64,000 bases of DNA, from the NCBI GenBank assembly GCA_010015805.1, contig ML978125.1, forward strand, positions 1,612,001 to 1,676,000, in the 5' to 3' direction. The translations under genes and the position numbers were made by a program. This document shows, piece after piece, positions 48,862-62,192 of this stretch; position 1 is the first letter of the stretch, and every line of letters begins with the position of its first letter. The DNA comes from Rhizodiscina lignyota (taxonomy: Eukaryota). The notes under the pieces are model-generated. The model searched no databases, was not told the origin of the DNA, and saw only the letters and a list, made by a program, of their open reading frames with translations.

Positions 48862-51329
48862 CTACTTCGCAAAATGGAAATCGTAATTCAGCCACTTCCT
48901 CGCCAAGACCTGATCCACAGTCAAGCCAGGCTTGCCGTAAGTAAGTGGTGCGAAGAACCAGAAGCCCCATCCTACAATCGCGACGACGACTCCAGCTGCT
49001 GCCCATGTTGCTAGCAAACTCTGAGTACCTAGTCGCTCTCTGACCGGGCGATGACCACGCCTCTTCTTGTTCGCCTCACCCTCTTCGTCCAGATTGGCAG
49101 GCTCGATGTTGAAGATGAACTCGAGCAAGGCCCCAGTGACTAGGGCAGACGCGAGATGAGCAGGCAAATAGTGGTGCAAGAAGAGCTGACGACCCATGAT
49201 GAAGAAGGGGAAGTAATGCGCCGCCCACGTGAGGAAGAAGAAGCCGGTCGAGTCATAGAGGCGGGAGCGGGTGCCTGGACCCCACACTGTTAGTCAAACG
49301 TTAGTAGTAGATGCTGAGTTTAAGGGAAGGGAAATGATGGAACTTACGGTCATCCAAGGCATCGAAACCCCGGCGTTGCGCAAGCTGATCTGCACCAACG
49401 ATGCCGGCAAAAACTGCAAGAAGGGAACTTGCAAGCCACCATCCGATGGGATTACCAAGGAAATAGATTTGCTCGCGAGTATCATTATTGGTCCAGAAGG
49501 AAACGCCACGGAGAAGGAAAGGCCAGGAGACTGGGAAACTGGCATACGGATGGCTGCTGGTGAGGGCATTGTTGTGGAAGAACATTGCGCGCTGAAGCTC
49601 AAGATACTTCTTCAGGAACGGCATCCTCTTGACCTGGCGTGGCTCTTGTTTCAGGCGCTCGCTATCTGCGGGGAGAGACGGAATGTCTTCGAAGTACCAG
49701 ATGTTGCTGGATTGCTGACTGTTCTTGTTGCCGTTAATCTCTGCCTGCTTGTAGGCCCAATCTGGAAGAGGAGTTGTGTGAGTCCACATTGCAACCTTGG
49801 TTGGGACATGGATGAGCTTGATGTGTGAGGATTTGGTCTTCACTTCTTGACCTGGCTTTCCATTCTCGATGCGAACCTCGAACAAAGTGTCATTGTGTCG
49901 TTCCCCATCTGCAAATTCGGGTTCGACTGTCGTAAACTCTTGATTCGTTGGGAAATATGGTGACGCAACGTCGTGCGAGAGGAGGAAGGTGTCAGTAACA
50001 AGATGTCGGAGCTGGATGAGATCCCCATTTTTGACTGAAGCAATTTCACCCTCCTTTTTCACAGCTGGGATAATCTGCCACTGATTGTTTGTGTCATTGT
50101 GTGGATATCCGGTGACTTGCTGGCCTTGACTCGAAATGCGGCCATCATCGTAACGGAGCGGGTACTTGTCAGGGTGGCTGTGGAGATAGACCTTTGTCTC
50201 CTTGTGTCGCAGAGTGAGCGCATCATAGTACTTGATGCCCACAGATTGCATTGTCATGATGTTGTCGCTCAGCGTCTCCTGGAATTCGGGTGTCATGAAG
50301 TCGTCACCAGGACCAGATCGATTCAGGATCGCAAAGTGCACCTGGAACCAGAAGAGGTACAGAAAGAAGGGGATGATGATAAGACCAACTGCGCGGGCCG
50401 CGAAATGCTTCCCAAATTCTGGAAGTGATAGCGTTCCCTGCGGGCGTTTAATGTTGAGCAGATCCCACAGGTCAATGCACACTGGAACGCCGATCGAGAA
50501 GAACGTGAATACTCCCACGTATTTGGTTGAGATGACGCAGCTCAGGCAGACACCTGTCAGCAGCAACCACTTCCACCACTTGCGGCTAAAGGGAGCATGT
50601 CGAAGCTTGTAGAATCGGACGTAGCATAGAACGCTGAGAGCCATGGAAAGGATCAGGGTTGCATCGAGGAGGATCAGACGAGTCTGACCAATGTGCGCGT
50701 TATCCAAGAGCACCAGAGCGGTGGAAGCGATGCACGCCGGAAGAGAATAGCCAGACTCCCACATGATCAAGAAGACTGTGGGGACCGTGAGGGCTCCAAG
50801 GGTTGCCGGCATCGCGCGATATGCAACATACGGCACCTTATTCGTGATATATGAATCGCCAATGTTGTCGAACAGGAACTCTCCATTGTATCCAACCATC
50901 CAGCCTGCGAGTGCGAAAAGAAGTTTTCCGAAGGGAGGATGGACGTCGAAGAAGTAGGTTCGCTGAAGGTAGTATGATGCAAACTAGAATGAGTACCTCG
51001 TTAGTTCTACTTGACGATCAAAAGAGAATTTGGTAAAGCAAGTAATGGTCCTGCCATACCTTCCCAAAGTGCACTTCATCGAACACGACTTGGTTGGGAT
51101 GCGATATACCCCAGAAGCGTGTCACGAAGGCCAAGATGGTGATAACCACCAAAGCGAGCTTATAGTCCCACTCCGAGCCAACACTGGCCTTGACCTGTTC
51201 CTTTGCCTTAGTTACTATCTCAGGAGTGCCATTCTCAGATCCTTCGACAGCGTTGAAGGGTCGCTTCTTCGATTTCTCCCCGCGGTTGCGCACTGAGCTC
51301 GACGTTTGCGAGGACATGGTGGAAGACAT
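48862..51329 (-). CDS. PMT4: Dolichyl-phosphate-mannose:protein O-mannosyltransferase, PMT4 subfamily
   Basis: VVFDEVHFGK|FASYYLQRTYFFDVHPPFGK; MIR domain HSHPDKYPLRYDDGRISSQGQQVTGY; RGVSFWT...QIYFLGNPIGWW; GRQLFLHHYLP. Confidence 0.92.
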
Positions 51330-52139
51330 GCGCCAGAGCTGCTGTGAGATAATGTCGTCAGTTTCCGACAGCTCTGGGCTGAGAAGTGTAGTTGTAGGAG
51401 TTTACCGCAAGCTCACGGAAGAGAAAGGAAACAGAGAATATGGTCAAAAGAGTGTGTTGAAGAGGAAGCGTGTTAAACTGGCGCTGGCGTGGAAGATGTC
51501 AAGTGTCGTTTTCGTACGTCGAACTTTTTGAGCCACTCAAAGCTGTGGGACCGCGGACCTCCCTTGCCCCTTGCGCTACCGCTGCGGAGGACACGCGTGG
51601 CTTTTACCTCCTGCTAGCCCACCAAAGAGCGCGTCAACGTCGTTTATACGCATCAAATTTCTACGTTTATTCTCATTCCAACGTCGCTCTCATCTGTACT
51701 AGAATGAGAACTTCTCGCTATGTAGGTGTCAGGGTTCATTAATGTCTGCAGTCTCCATCGCTCCAGTTCAGCTCTCATGATCACTTCAGAGGCATGCTGG
51801 CACATCATTGGTCTAAAGTGTCCGTAAATTCCTTGCTCCTCCTATCTCTTAATCAGGTCCTTTGGTGGACAGCTTTCATGAGTGACTGGAATGCCATCCT
51901 GCAATGTGCATGGTAAAGGATTTAAGTTTCGGCTTTTTGGTAGATCATGTGACTTACTGCCCGATCGAGTTAAGACACCAGATCTCCAAGTCTCTGATAC
52001 GTATTTGGGTTATACGATAATACGGAGGACGGTATCAATTTCATTTCTTCTTTCGCTTACTCACGTGCTTGCCACTATCAAGATAGAATGCGCCACGGAA
52101 CGCCGGGGCTGTTTGCTAGCGGACTCTCCGTTCTACAAG

Positions 52140-52355
52140 ATGACCCTCCAAGCCCAAAAAAGCAGTTCGATCGCAGCCAAGGCAGCTCCGCGTGTGAGCT
52201 GCATCTGTAACTGGGACCGCGGCAGATCCTTCAGACGCAAGAAGTACCGTGCCCGCTGTACCACCTACCAGACCTTCGGTCCCATCGTGTTCGCGGAGCG
52301 CACCGAAGATAAGGGCAATGCCCGTCCTACATATTATGGCTCTTATAAGGCGTAA
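52140..52355 (+). promoter_or_regulatory. Candidate 71-codon upstream ORF in the leader of the NCS1 permease
   Basis: ATG in CTACAAGATG context, open to TAA 52355, 68 nt before the permease ATG and out of frame with it. Confidence 0.5.
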
Positions 52356-52423
52356 TTCCCTGGTAGGAGGGACGAGGTCCGCTTTCACTAGAGCAGTCCA
52401 AATAGCTCTACGATTTCATAATA

Positions 52424-54120
52424 ATGGCACACGATCCAGAAAAGGCACACCTCGACCTCGAGACCGGCCAATCGAAAGAGGCTGAGGCGAACGCAAAATC
52501 AACCTTTCCCTCGCCATCCGATAACGCGATCGGCCAAGTCGATGAGATTGCGCGCGCGCGAGAGCTTCAACAAAGCAAGAATGTCCTCCGTATGATGCGC
52601 CGCGGCGAAGAATGGCTTGATGAAAAGATGGGTGTCGAAACCCGCGGAATTGATCGCATCCCCGAAGAAGAGAAGAAGCCACCGTCGATGCTGAATATCT
52701 TTCTTATATGGTGGAGCTTGAATATACACGTTGGAGTCATTCCACTAGGCATCTTGGGACCGGAGTTTGGGTTAAGCTTGAATCAGAGCATTGCTGCTAG
52801 TATTGTTGGCATTGTGACCGGATCGCTGACCACGGCGTTCACCGGAACCCTGGGACCTAAGGTAAGTTCATAATCGCTCGTCAGTTGAACAGTCTTAGAA
52901 GGCTAATGATATCAGCTGGGTTTAAGGGCTGTCGCAACATCGAGATATTCGTTCGGCTTCTGGGGTGCTAAAGTATGCTCCGTACTTAATGTTGTGATTG
53001 GATGTGGTTATTCAGGTACATTAGCATGCGTAACTCTGTGACATCCTAATCACTGACTATGGCAGTCGTAAATGTGGTTGTCGTCGGACAAATCCTCAGC
53101 GCCGTGTCAGACTACACCATGTCCATCGCAGTCGGCATCGTTATCATATCAATCATCGGTTACGTTCTCTCGGTCTTTGGCTATCACATCATTCACACCT
53201 TCGAAAAGTACTCCTGGATTGTGACGTTCATTCTCATGTGCGTCTTGATTGGGCAAGCGGCCCCTCACGTAGACCCGAGCCTTCCATCCAGCGATTCTGG
53301 CCTCATCTTCGCCGGCAACTGGCTTACCATCTTCGCTATCAATTTCTCCAACTCCAGTGGCTGGTGTTCAATTTCCGCTGACTATTACTGCAACTACCCT
53401 GCGTCGACTCCCCCATGGAAGACATTTCTCCTCACTTGGACGGGCATTGTTATCCCCACCACCTTTTCCACCGTCATCGGATGCTGCTTGGGTAATGCCG
53501 CTATCACTGCCGCTTACCCACCCTATGCTGACGCCTACGACAATCATGGACTTGGCGGTCTTTTACTCGAAGCGTATCACCCGAGAGGCTGGTCGAAATT
53601 CTCTCTTATCATTCTAACTTTCTCCGTCCTTGGGAATAACATCGCGAACAACTACTCTAGTGGGCTCTCTTTGCAACTCCTCGGCAACTACTTCCATGCC
53701 GTTCCGCGCTTCATTTGGTCCCTCCTTGTCGCCATCGTCATCACCGTCCTCGGCGTTGCAGGACAACAGCACCTCTCCACCATCGTCAGCAACTTTGTGG
53801 CGCTGCTGGGTTACTGGACAATCTCCTTCACGCTCATCCTTCTCATCGAGGACCAACTTTTCCGACGCCACGAAGGATACAACCTTCACGCGTGGGACCA
53901 ACCCAAGAAGCTACCGCTGGGAATTGCGGCTGTCATGGCACTGCTGACGGGTTACCTGGCGGGCGGTGTCACGGGCATGAGCCAAACCTGGTACATAGGA
54001 CCTATTGCTGCGAAATTTGGCGGCTTCGGCGGCGACGTTGGCATTTTTCTTAGTGGAGCGTTCACAATTGCTGTGTATCTACCAGGAAGGTGGTACGAGC
54101 GGAAGAAGACAGGCCGATAG
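52424..54120 (+). CDS. NCS1-family permease, Fcy2/Tpn1 group (purine-cytosine or vitamin B6 transporter)
   Basis: GVETRGIDRIPEEE, GPK|LGLR...SRYSFGFWG, SADYYCNYP, NNYSSGLSLQ and GMSQTWYIGPIA; many hydrophobic helices; introns ~52862-52915 and ~53016-53065. Confidence 0.9.
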
Positions 54121-54200
54121 ATCATATCCTAGAAGTGTAGAGATGTAGAGCCGGGCAATCCGTTTTCTTTATTCTACAATTTCTAGTTGGATAAGACCTC

Positions 54201-55470
54201 TTATTGACCCTTTTTGGCTTCTTTTGCAGCACCATTCTGATTTCCCTTCCTTGCCCTTCTTTTCAGCCCAACACTCGTCTCCCATCCATACAACGCCCCA
54301 GCCCCGAAAACCAACGTCGCGCCCACAACCATCAAGCCAGTAAGGTGATTTCCAAATAACCAGATGCTGAATGCAAAGCTGACGAGTTTGCGGATATTGA
54401 GGACCACTGTGACCGTAACAGCCGAGCTCTTTGCGCCGAGTAGGTTTACTCCGCTGATGCAGATCAACTGCGTGAACGAGTTCATGAAGAGGTAGAACAC
54501 GGACTGTGGCATCGACTTTAGCATCCTCGTCAGCGATGGCGGTAATGCAGAGGATATCGCGGAGGGAACTAGTAAGGGCGGTGATTGCGCAAGTCGGTCG
54601 AATTGAGCGCGAAGAGTGGGTACCAGTGGAATAAATAGAGGCAGACTGAGGAGATGTTCGTAGAAGAGGTTCTCGGCCCAGTGCTTGCCGTACATGGCGT
54701 ACGTGTCCTGCACGTAAATGCCCATGTATGAAGAGAGCAACTGGGCGATGAGAAGCACAACGAGGCCCATCTCGAAAGACTTGTCGTGGATGTCAATTTC
54801 GGAAGCATCCATAGATTTGCCCTGCTCCAATCAGATTCATATATAATATGCAAAAGCCGAAGATATACCTTCGACAATGCATCCGCCCATGCGCTCACGA
54901 TCACGCCGAGTGTGAGTATGACAACACTAACAATCTGCAGTTGCGAGTACTTCTTTCCGACGAGCCAACCGGCACCCATTGTCGTGACGCTCCCAAAGCT
55001 TCGGAGGATGATGTGCACGGGCACGCTGATGTTGAATGCGAACGCCCAGTTGTTAAGCATATTGACAGCGAAGAACATGGCCGCACCCATGACCCAGCGG
55101 TGCATGGGCACGGAGGGCTTCTTAATGAACATTGGCCGAGATGCATCAAACTGAGAGGGGTACGCCGAAAGCGCGGAGAATATGAATTGCATCAGAGTTA
55201 TAAGCAGGCCTTGGCGGGTTAGACGTAATGAGACTTTCAAGCGGAAGCCTGCATGGCATACATACCGCTATCGGGTTCGCGCCTGTTATGACCTTAGTAG
55301 AGTTACGGTTAAGCATGGGAGATAAGACTGACTTTAAGATTGCCTCAAGGGCATACACCTGACGCATCTGTTAGTGATGTTCGAACATGATGGTCTTGTC
55401 CTTCACATACATTGGAGCAGCATCCTCCAAAAATGAGGCTTACGATGCCTAATGACTCGATTCCGGACAT
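54201..55470 (-). CDS. YEA4: UDP-GlcNAc/UDP-xylose nucleotide-sugar transporter (Yea4/SLC35B4, UAA family)
   Basis: SLIFGGCCSN|VYALEAI, LITLMQF, LNNWAFAFNISVPVHIILRS and TVVLNIRKLVS; several short introns. Confidence 0.85.
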
Positions 55471-56440
55471 GCTTTCTGATCGCTAGAACGCAAGAGATGG
55501 ACGAATTTCTGCAGGAAATGGGTATCTTAACGTGTTTGAAGCAACGACTTGTGGAAATAGGAGGTCATACGAAAGATAGTCAGATCAAGCGGCAGAGGGG
55601 CAGGGAAAGCCGAAATGATCGGAGAGGACAGAACAATGCCTCTGAAGCAGCAAGTTTCAGGAATTTTGCCGTCTCCCATAAACTCTATACTTTGACTACG
55701 ACTGCTTACAGAATAGTAAGTTGACACGAAGCCACGAGGAAAATCGTTGGCTGTCATCATAACCGAAGTAATAACGAATAAATAGCCGATGATAAGCCGG
55801 CTTAAATATCCTCTGTCTTTTTTTCCCGACAATACGAAAACACACTCCTGCTGCTGCACCGAGGCTCAATTGTATGTTTTGTCCGGTCACTGATGCTCGG
55901 GAGTTCCGGGTCTCATGATGGAGAACCATTCTGGCTGCACAAGATGCAGATCAGGGACAAGGCCGACCTTCGCATGTGGGGAAAGACTCCAACCAAAACG
56001 ATCCGGGGAACGGCCCGCTTTCGATGACATCGTTCCATGTCTTTTTCACATCACCTACTGCATGTTTCTTCTCCATGTTTTCATGATTCGGTCCCCAATA
56101 CCCCGAGCTCTACAGTGGTCGATTCTTTGCCTCGTAGTGCCAAAGTTTCCCTGACCATGACTATTATCGGCTTCTCTAGGAGGTGGCAATTTCCACTTCC
56201 CTGAAACTACTCTTCTCCGCCTCAAAATTCTGGCTCCTCAGCCTGCGGATCAAATGACTCGGTGGAGAAGTTTCCGAAGTTGCTAGCTTCAAGTTGGTAT
56301 GGTTGCGGGCGAGGTACCCAGAGACTCCAGGTTGCTTGGACCAGGCCTTGTCCCCTAGCTCAAGAGAGCGTAAGTATAACCATCAAATGCCTCTACTCCT
56401 CAAAACTCCCTTTCATATTCGTACGTGGTCAACCTTCAGC

Positions 56441-58628
56441 ATGTTTTTCTCTATATTTCCTGTCCTCTTCGGAGGGGTGGCTATGGCTACCAAGTACAAT
56501 CAATATATCTTGATGCCATCTTCTCGTACGCTTTCTCTAGTTACAGTTTTCAACAGCACCGGCACTGTGTCAGGGGCCAGTAGCGTAACTGGCGGTAAAT
56601 CTGGGAGTCTCACTTTCGATGGGATATCGTCTGTAACTTTTGATTATGAGAAGAACATTGCCGGTGTTGTGTCAGTGGAGGTTACCAAGAGCTCAGGATC
56701 TGATCAGCGTATTGGAGTGACATTCTCAGAGAGCTCCGAGTGGATTTCGAACGAACATAGCGATACCACTGGAAACGTAGGCTTCGACGATATGGTCTTC
56801 ATTGACACGCCTTCCGCAGGAAATTTTTCTCTTCCCCGCCAGCTCGGTCGTGGAGCCTTTCGATATGTGACTCTTGTACACAACTCGTCTGGAACGGTCA
56901 AAATTTCGAAAGTCAATACCCAGTTCATTGCGATGCCACACTATGCTGAAGAAGCGCTACAAAATTACACTGGATACTTTCATTGTGATGGTCAGTTGAA
57001 GATGCGATACAGCTACCTGCTAATTTACTAATCGCCATGTAGATGAACTTCTCAACAGAATCTGGTATGCTGGAGCATACACGCTAAACCTTGATACCAT
57101 TGATCCCAAGAACGGAGATGCACTCATTGCAGTATTCAACAACACTCCTGGTGTCCAGGTGCCCATTGGAACCTGGTATTACAATTACACCATTACAAAC
57201 GGCACTTCTGCGCTAGTTGACGGAGCCAAACGAGATACCCTTGTCTGGCCTGGCGACATGGCGATTGCCGTGCCAAGCACTGTGGTGTCGACATATGATA
57301 TGATTACCGTGAGAAACGACCTGGATTCACTATTTGCTCTGCAGAACACAACAACTGGAAGGTTGCCATATGCAGGGAGAGGATTTCCAGTCGATCAGCA
57401 GTCGTGGACTTACCATATGTACTCGCTTCTTGGTGCTGCCAATTATTTCATTTATACGGTATGATGATGAGGATTGATTTGAGAATGTCTCTAATTCTTT
57501 AATAGGGTGATTCGCAATGGCTCTCATCGATGTGGAACAAATACAAATTTGGCTTAAACTTTACGCTTAACAAGATTGACGACTCCGGTATGATGTATGT
57601 AGATCCTAAAGTTGCCAGCGCAGATTGGCTGAGAGCCGGGATGGGCGCGCATAATATCGAGGTAAGTACTGGAGAAGCTACAGTATCACATTGGATTCTT
57701 ACTCGTTCAGGCAAACGCTATCTTGTACCACACGATCAATCTGAGCATCCAACTGGCAACTGCTCTCAACGACACTGCACCAATTCCATCTTGGCAGAAA
57801 TATGCCAATGGAATCAAGACTGCTGCGAACAATCGCCTGTGGAATGAAACTATGGGAATGTATCACGACAACGACACCTCGAGTCTCGCACCGCAGGACG
57901 GAAATTCCTGGGCCGTTGTTGCCAATCTTACTCTGAACTCTTCTCAGATTGCGAGTATCTCTTCCGGGCTTCAGGCACGTTGGGGTTCATACGGTGCCCC
58001 AGCTCCAGAAGCGAGTCAGAACAAGACCGCTGTCTCCCCGTTCATCAGCGGCTTTGAACTCCAAGCACATTTCCTCGCGGAAAATGCGTCAAGGGCTCTG
58101 GAGTTGATGAGACTCGAGTGGGGTTTTATGCTTAACGATCCACGCATGACGAATTCAACGCTGATTGAAGGATACTCGAGTGATGGGTCGATACATTATC
58201 CGCCGTATTCTACCGACAGTCGCATAAGCCACGCACATGGGTGGTCGACAGGTCCGACGAGCGCGTTAACTTTCTATGTTGCCGGGATCCAGCTCTTGAG
58301 CCCAGTAGGTAAGACGTGGATAATAGCACCCAGCTTAGGCAACCTTACGACTGTTGATGCTGGCTTCAGTACATCACTTGGGTTGTTCTCAGCTACGACC
58401 AATTTGACTAGCGATGGAGGGATTAGTATGGAGTTTGAAGCTCCGGCTGGCACGAGCGGGAGTGTCAACGTACCACATCCGGGTTGTAGTGGCTTGTTGA
58501 CGCTCCAATGTCAGCAAGGCGGAGGACCAAGCGCGCAGTTTGATGTTGTTGCTCAAGAAGGCGTGGGAAGGTTCGTGATAGAAGGGTTAACCGGCGGAAG
58601 ATACACACTGAATCACACCTGCTCCTAG
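56441..58628 (+). CDS. Secreted glycoside hydrolase family 78 (alpha-L-rhamnosidase-like)
   Basis: Signal-like N-terminus; GYFHCD|DELLNRIWYAGAYT, LVDGAKRDTLVWPGDM, APQDGNSWA, SPFISGFEL and SHAHGWSTGPT; three introns. Confidence 0.87.
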
Positions 58629-58910
58629 GCCGCCACATGTATTAAATAAAAATTAATGGGCAGGATTTTGGGCGTTAATTCATATTAAATTATTTAACCA
58701 ATCACATCGCAGATCCCAGACTGTGGTTTCTGGCTGGACCGTGCATTAATGACGTAGGGCCTACTAGGCCTAGAGCTGCGAAGCTTGGACGGGAATCTTG
58801 GACTGCAGAGATGCGAGGCAAGCACATAAAACCTTTCACAGGATCTCCTCTTTCAAACTTGTATACCTGGTCGACTTGTCCTAAACTTACTTGTACCCTT
58901 ACTCGCAACC

Positions 58911-60609
58911 ATGTCGGCTCTCGAAGATCTTAAGAAACAGAATGCTGCTCTGCAGAGTGGAGTCTGTACGTCCACATAGCTCTCGTCTCGTCTCATGGAA
59001 GACTGGTGGACGCTAACGAGCTTTGAATTGTAGCAAATATCTCCAATGTCGCCAATGGAACAAAGAATGCCGGTGCAGGAGCTATTTCAACAGCTACAGG
59101 GGCTCCCAAGAAGCTACCCGCGGTACAAAAGAGAGCTCCTGCTAGTGCCGTAATGAAGGCTCCCAGTACAGCAACCGATGCTGCGGAGAAGCCTACCACA
59201 CCGAAAGCTCCTGCTGTCAAGAAGCCCGTTGTTAAGAAGCCTGTAACCCCGAGAACGTCGTCGACTTCCAGTGCTGCGAAGGCACCAACAGCTGCTGCAG
59301 GAGGAGCCGCCGGTGGAGCCGTGAAGCCTGTCAGGACACCAATTGGCACTAAGAAGCCTATCCCACAAACTTCAGCGGTAAAGAAGACGCCAGTGTCGGC
59401 AGCCAATGGTGCAAGCAAAGCTGTACCAGCCAAGACTCCTCAAGCTGGAGGAGTGACACCAGCAGCAGCTAACAAGCCAGTGCGAACGCCAATTGGCACG
59501 AAGAAGTCTATTCCTCCTGCTTCCACTAAGACAGCAACCAGTGCTGTGAAAACTCCTGCCTCCCCAGCCGGAACAGCGACGAAGAGGACACCTGCGAAGC
59601 TCCCATCCAGACCTGCCGCAGGCGTTGCGGGAGCAACTCCTAAGACCCCTCAGACTACGACGCCAGCGAAGGCTGCGCCGATACCAAGACAAACGCCAGT
59701 CGCGACACAGCAGGCAAGGAAGCCGCCTACAGTAGGAGGAGCAAAGCAGCCGGGTGCGATCAGAAAGACAACAGGAGCAGTAACAGGCACGTTAAATAAA
59801 GGCGTGGACGGTGTTAGTGGCGGCTTGGATGCTGGCACAGGAGCAGCTGTTGGCGGAGTGAACACTGTCGTGGGAGGAGCAACAGGAACGCTCGGGAAAG
59901 GACTAGATTATGCACCTGGAGGTATGTTGGGACGAATGACCATGAAGGCAAATAAGGCTAATAGTTGTGAAAGGCGTCGGCAAGCCAGTGAAGCACATAA
60001 CGGATAATGTAGGCAAGACAGCTACGGGAACAACGACGAACGTCCATAAGACGCTTAGCAACACCACAAAGGGCCTAAATTCGACAGTCACAGATACCAC
60101 GACCGCCATCGGTCAAGGAGACCCCTTGGGCACAGTCAGAGGTGTGACAGGAGGTGTTGGGCAGACAGTCGGTGGGCTTGGTTCAGGAGTTGTGAGTGAT
60201 TCAACACATGAATTCAATTTCCAAATTGGTTCTAATCATTTTTAAAAGGGTGACACAGTTGGCGGCGCCGTTTCTGGTGTCGGGGATACCGTAGGCGGCC
60301 CACTGGGCCCAGTCGTCAGCAATGTAGGAAGAGGTGTGGGCGACGGGGTCTCCGGACTCACTGGAGGTCTCGGCGACAGCGTGGGCAACCTAGGACGTGG
60401 TGATGTGATCGGAGCTTTGGGTTCTACCATGGTAAGAATCTTTGCACCACCTAATAACATTACCCCTTCTAACACCCAAATTTTAGGGAGGTGTTGGAAA
60501 AGGAGTCGGGGGGCTGGTAGGCGGAATCTTAGGCACAGGCCCCCTGGAACAGGCAAATCAAGCCGGAAGGGGCGGCCCTTTGGAACTAGCTGAAGAGGAG
60601 GAGAAGTAG
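58911..60609 (+). CDS. Low-complexity protein: Ala/Pro/Lys/Thr-rich N-half and Gly/Val/Thr repeat C-half
   Basis: ATG 58911 (MSALEDLKKQNAALQSGV); five-exon model via canonical-looking introns ends ...LAEEEEK-TAG 60609; internal duplicate KPVRTPIGTKK.IP. Confidence 0.7.
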
Positions 60610-60889
60610 TAATTACTGAGTCGGTCTGGTCTGCGACATGCCATTTCTGATATGAAAAGCAAAATTCTCGCAGCTGTGGGTATCTCTTATTTCATACTAC
60701 GTTTGGAAGCGAAAATCGGAGCAATAAAGTTTGTAATTTAACCCGTTACTTTTTAAAAGCTGATGGGAACCACAATCATTGGTTAACCTTTCGGTTTTCT
60801 ACATATGAAGTGTACTATTTCTCTATACTTGCTCTGAACGCGAAAAGAGTGAGAATTTGCATGCCTGTTTTACAGCACTGTCTTCGCTC

Positions 60890-62192
60890 TTATTTCTGAT
60901 ACGTTTTCTTTGCTGTCCGCCGGTTTACGGTAATACTGCGTCATGTCGTGCCTCAGGCTCATTGCTCCCTGATGAAGTCAGTAATTCCTTGGTTTCCAGT
61001 CCAATTCTATGCGGAGAGAGCTTACGGCTTGCATCTGCAAACTCAGTTCCTTGTCTGTCTCTGCTCGCTTGAGCATTTTCAGGAAGTCATCTTTCTCCAG
61101 TGCTTCATCGGCATCTTGGCCAAAGAGACGACGTATATTCCCGGAAGATATGGGATCGATGATTTCATGCCATATTTTTCTTCGGATCTCGTCGTACTTG
61201 TCAAGAATTGAGTCGTCGGCTTGGCCAATATGTATTCCCACAAGGCTATCGTACAGACTGCCAACATCGGCGATGCCACCCGTAAGGCCCATTCCTCCGA
61301 AGGGATTGCAGAGATGCGCGGCGTCAGCAACCAAGAGAAAACGTCCAGCACGCATTCTCTCTGCGCATCGTTGATGGATCTTGTAAGGACTAAAGTTCAC
61401 GACGTTATATTGGGAGGGCTTGGGATGACCTGGAAACATAGCTTTGAATTTGTAAGGGAGTCGTTCGCGCAGCTGCTCGGTAGTCAGGCCGCCGATTTCC
61501 CCATACGAGACACGGTACAGCCCGTCCGTTCCAATCTTGGCCACCATATGCCAGTGCTCGGGATGTATGAAGAAATTCGAATCATCGTAGTCTTCGGGGA
61601 AGTCATAGTAGACGTTGGTCGCCACGATTTGCTCGTCCCATGTCCGCCCAGGAAAGTTGAAGTCTCCGAAGAGGCCTCTACGGATCTGGCTATTTGCGCC
61701 ATCACATCCAATAATATAGTCAGCCGTCATTCGCTTTGGTCCTTCAGGAGCCGCAGCGTCGACCCATGCTTGGCTTTCGTCTTGACCAAGGCCGGTTACT
61801 TTGTAATTGTAGCTGATTTTTGCGTTTGGTTGAGCTTTGACATGCTCTTGCAGTATCTTTCCTAAACGATCCAATGTCAAGCATACCATCCGCAATGGGT
61901 CGTCAGCGTCCATGTCTGCATTTCTGATGCCGGTAAGTCTCGTTTTATTCTCGTCCAGCTTACGCCACGACACACTATTCGGAAGGAAACCCAGGCGTCT
62001 GACTTCTTCCAATACTCCAGCTCGCTGAAGTTCGTAGCATGCTGGGGCGGCATAATGAGATGCTCGGGGATTCTTATCCAGTTCTGTTGTCATCTCCAGA
62101 AGCTCGACTGAAATGCCAGCACGGGCAAGCATGAGAGCCAGCAGAAGTCCAGATGGCCCCGCACCAACTATCAGAATCTTTGATATTGCCAT
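60890..62192 (-). CDS. FAD-dependent monooxygenase (FAD_binding_3)
   Basis: KILIVGAGPSGL, DYIIGCDGANSQIRR and RFLLVADAAHLCNPFGGMGLTGG; terminal intron ~61025-60968. Confidence 0.9.

Noticed and set aside
51750..53070. TPP riboswitch in the NCS1 permease leader or introns
   Set aside because: No CUGAGA plus CUUGAU..GAUAAU..AGCG core found; the introns are too short to hold an aptamer.
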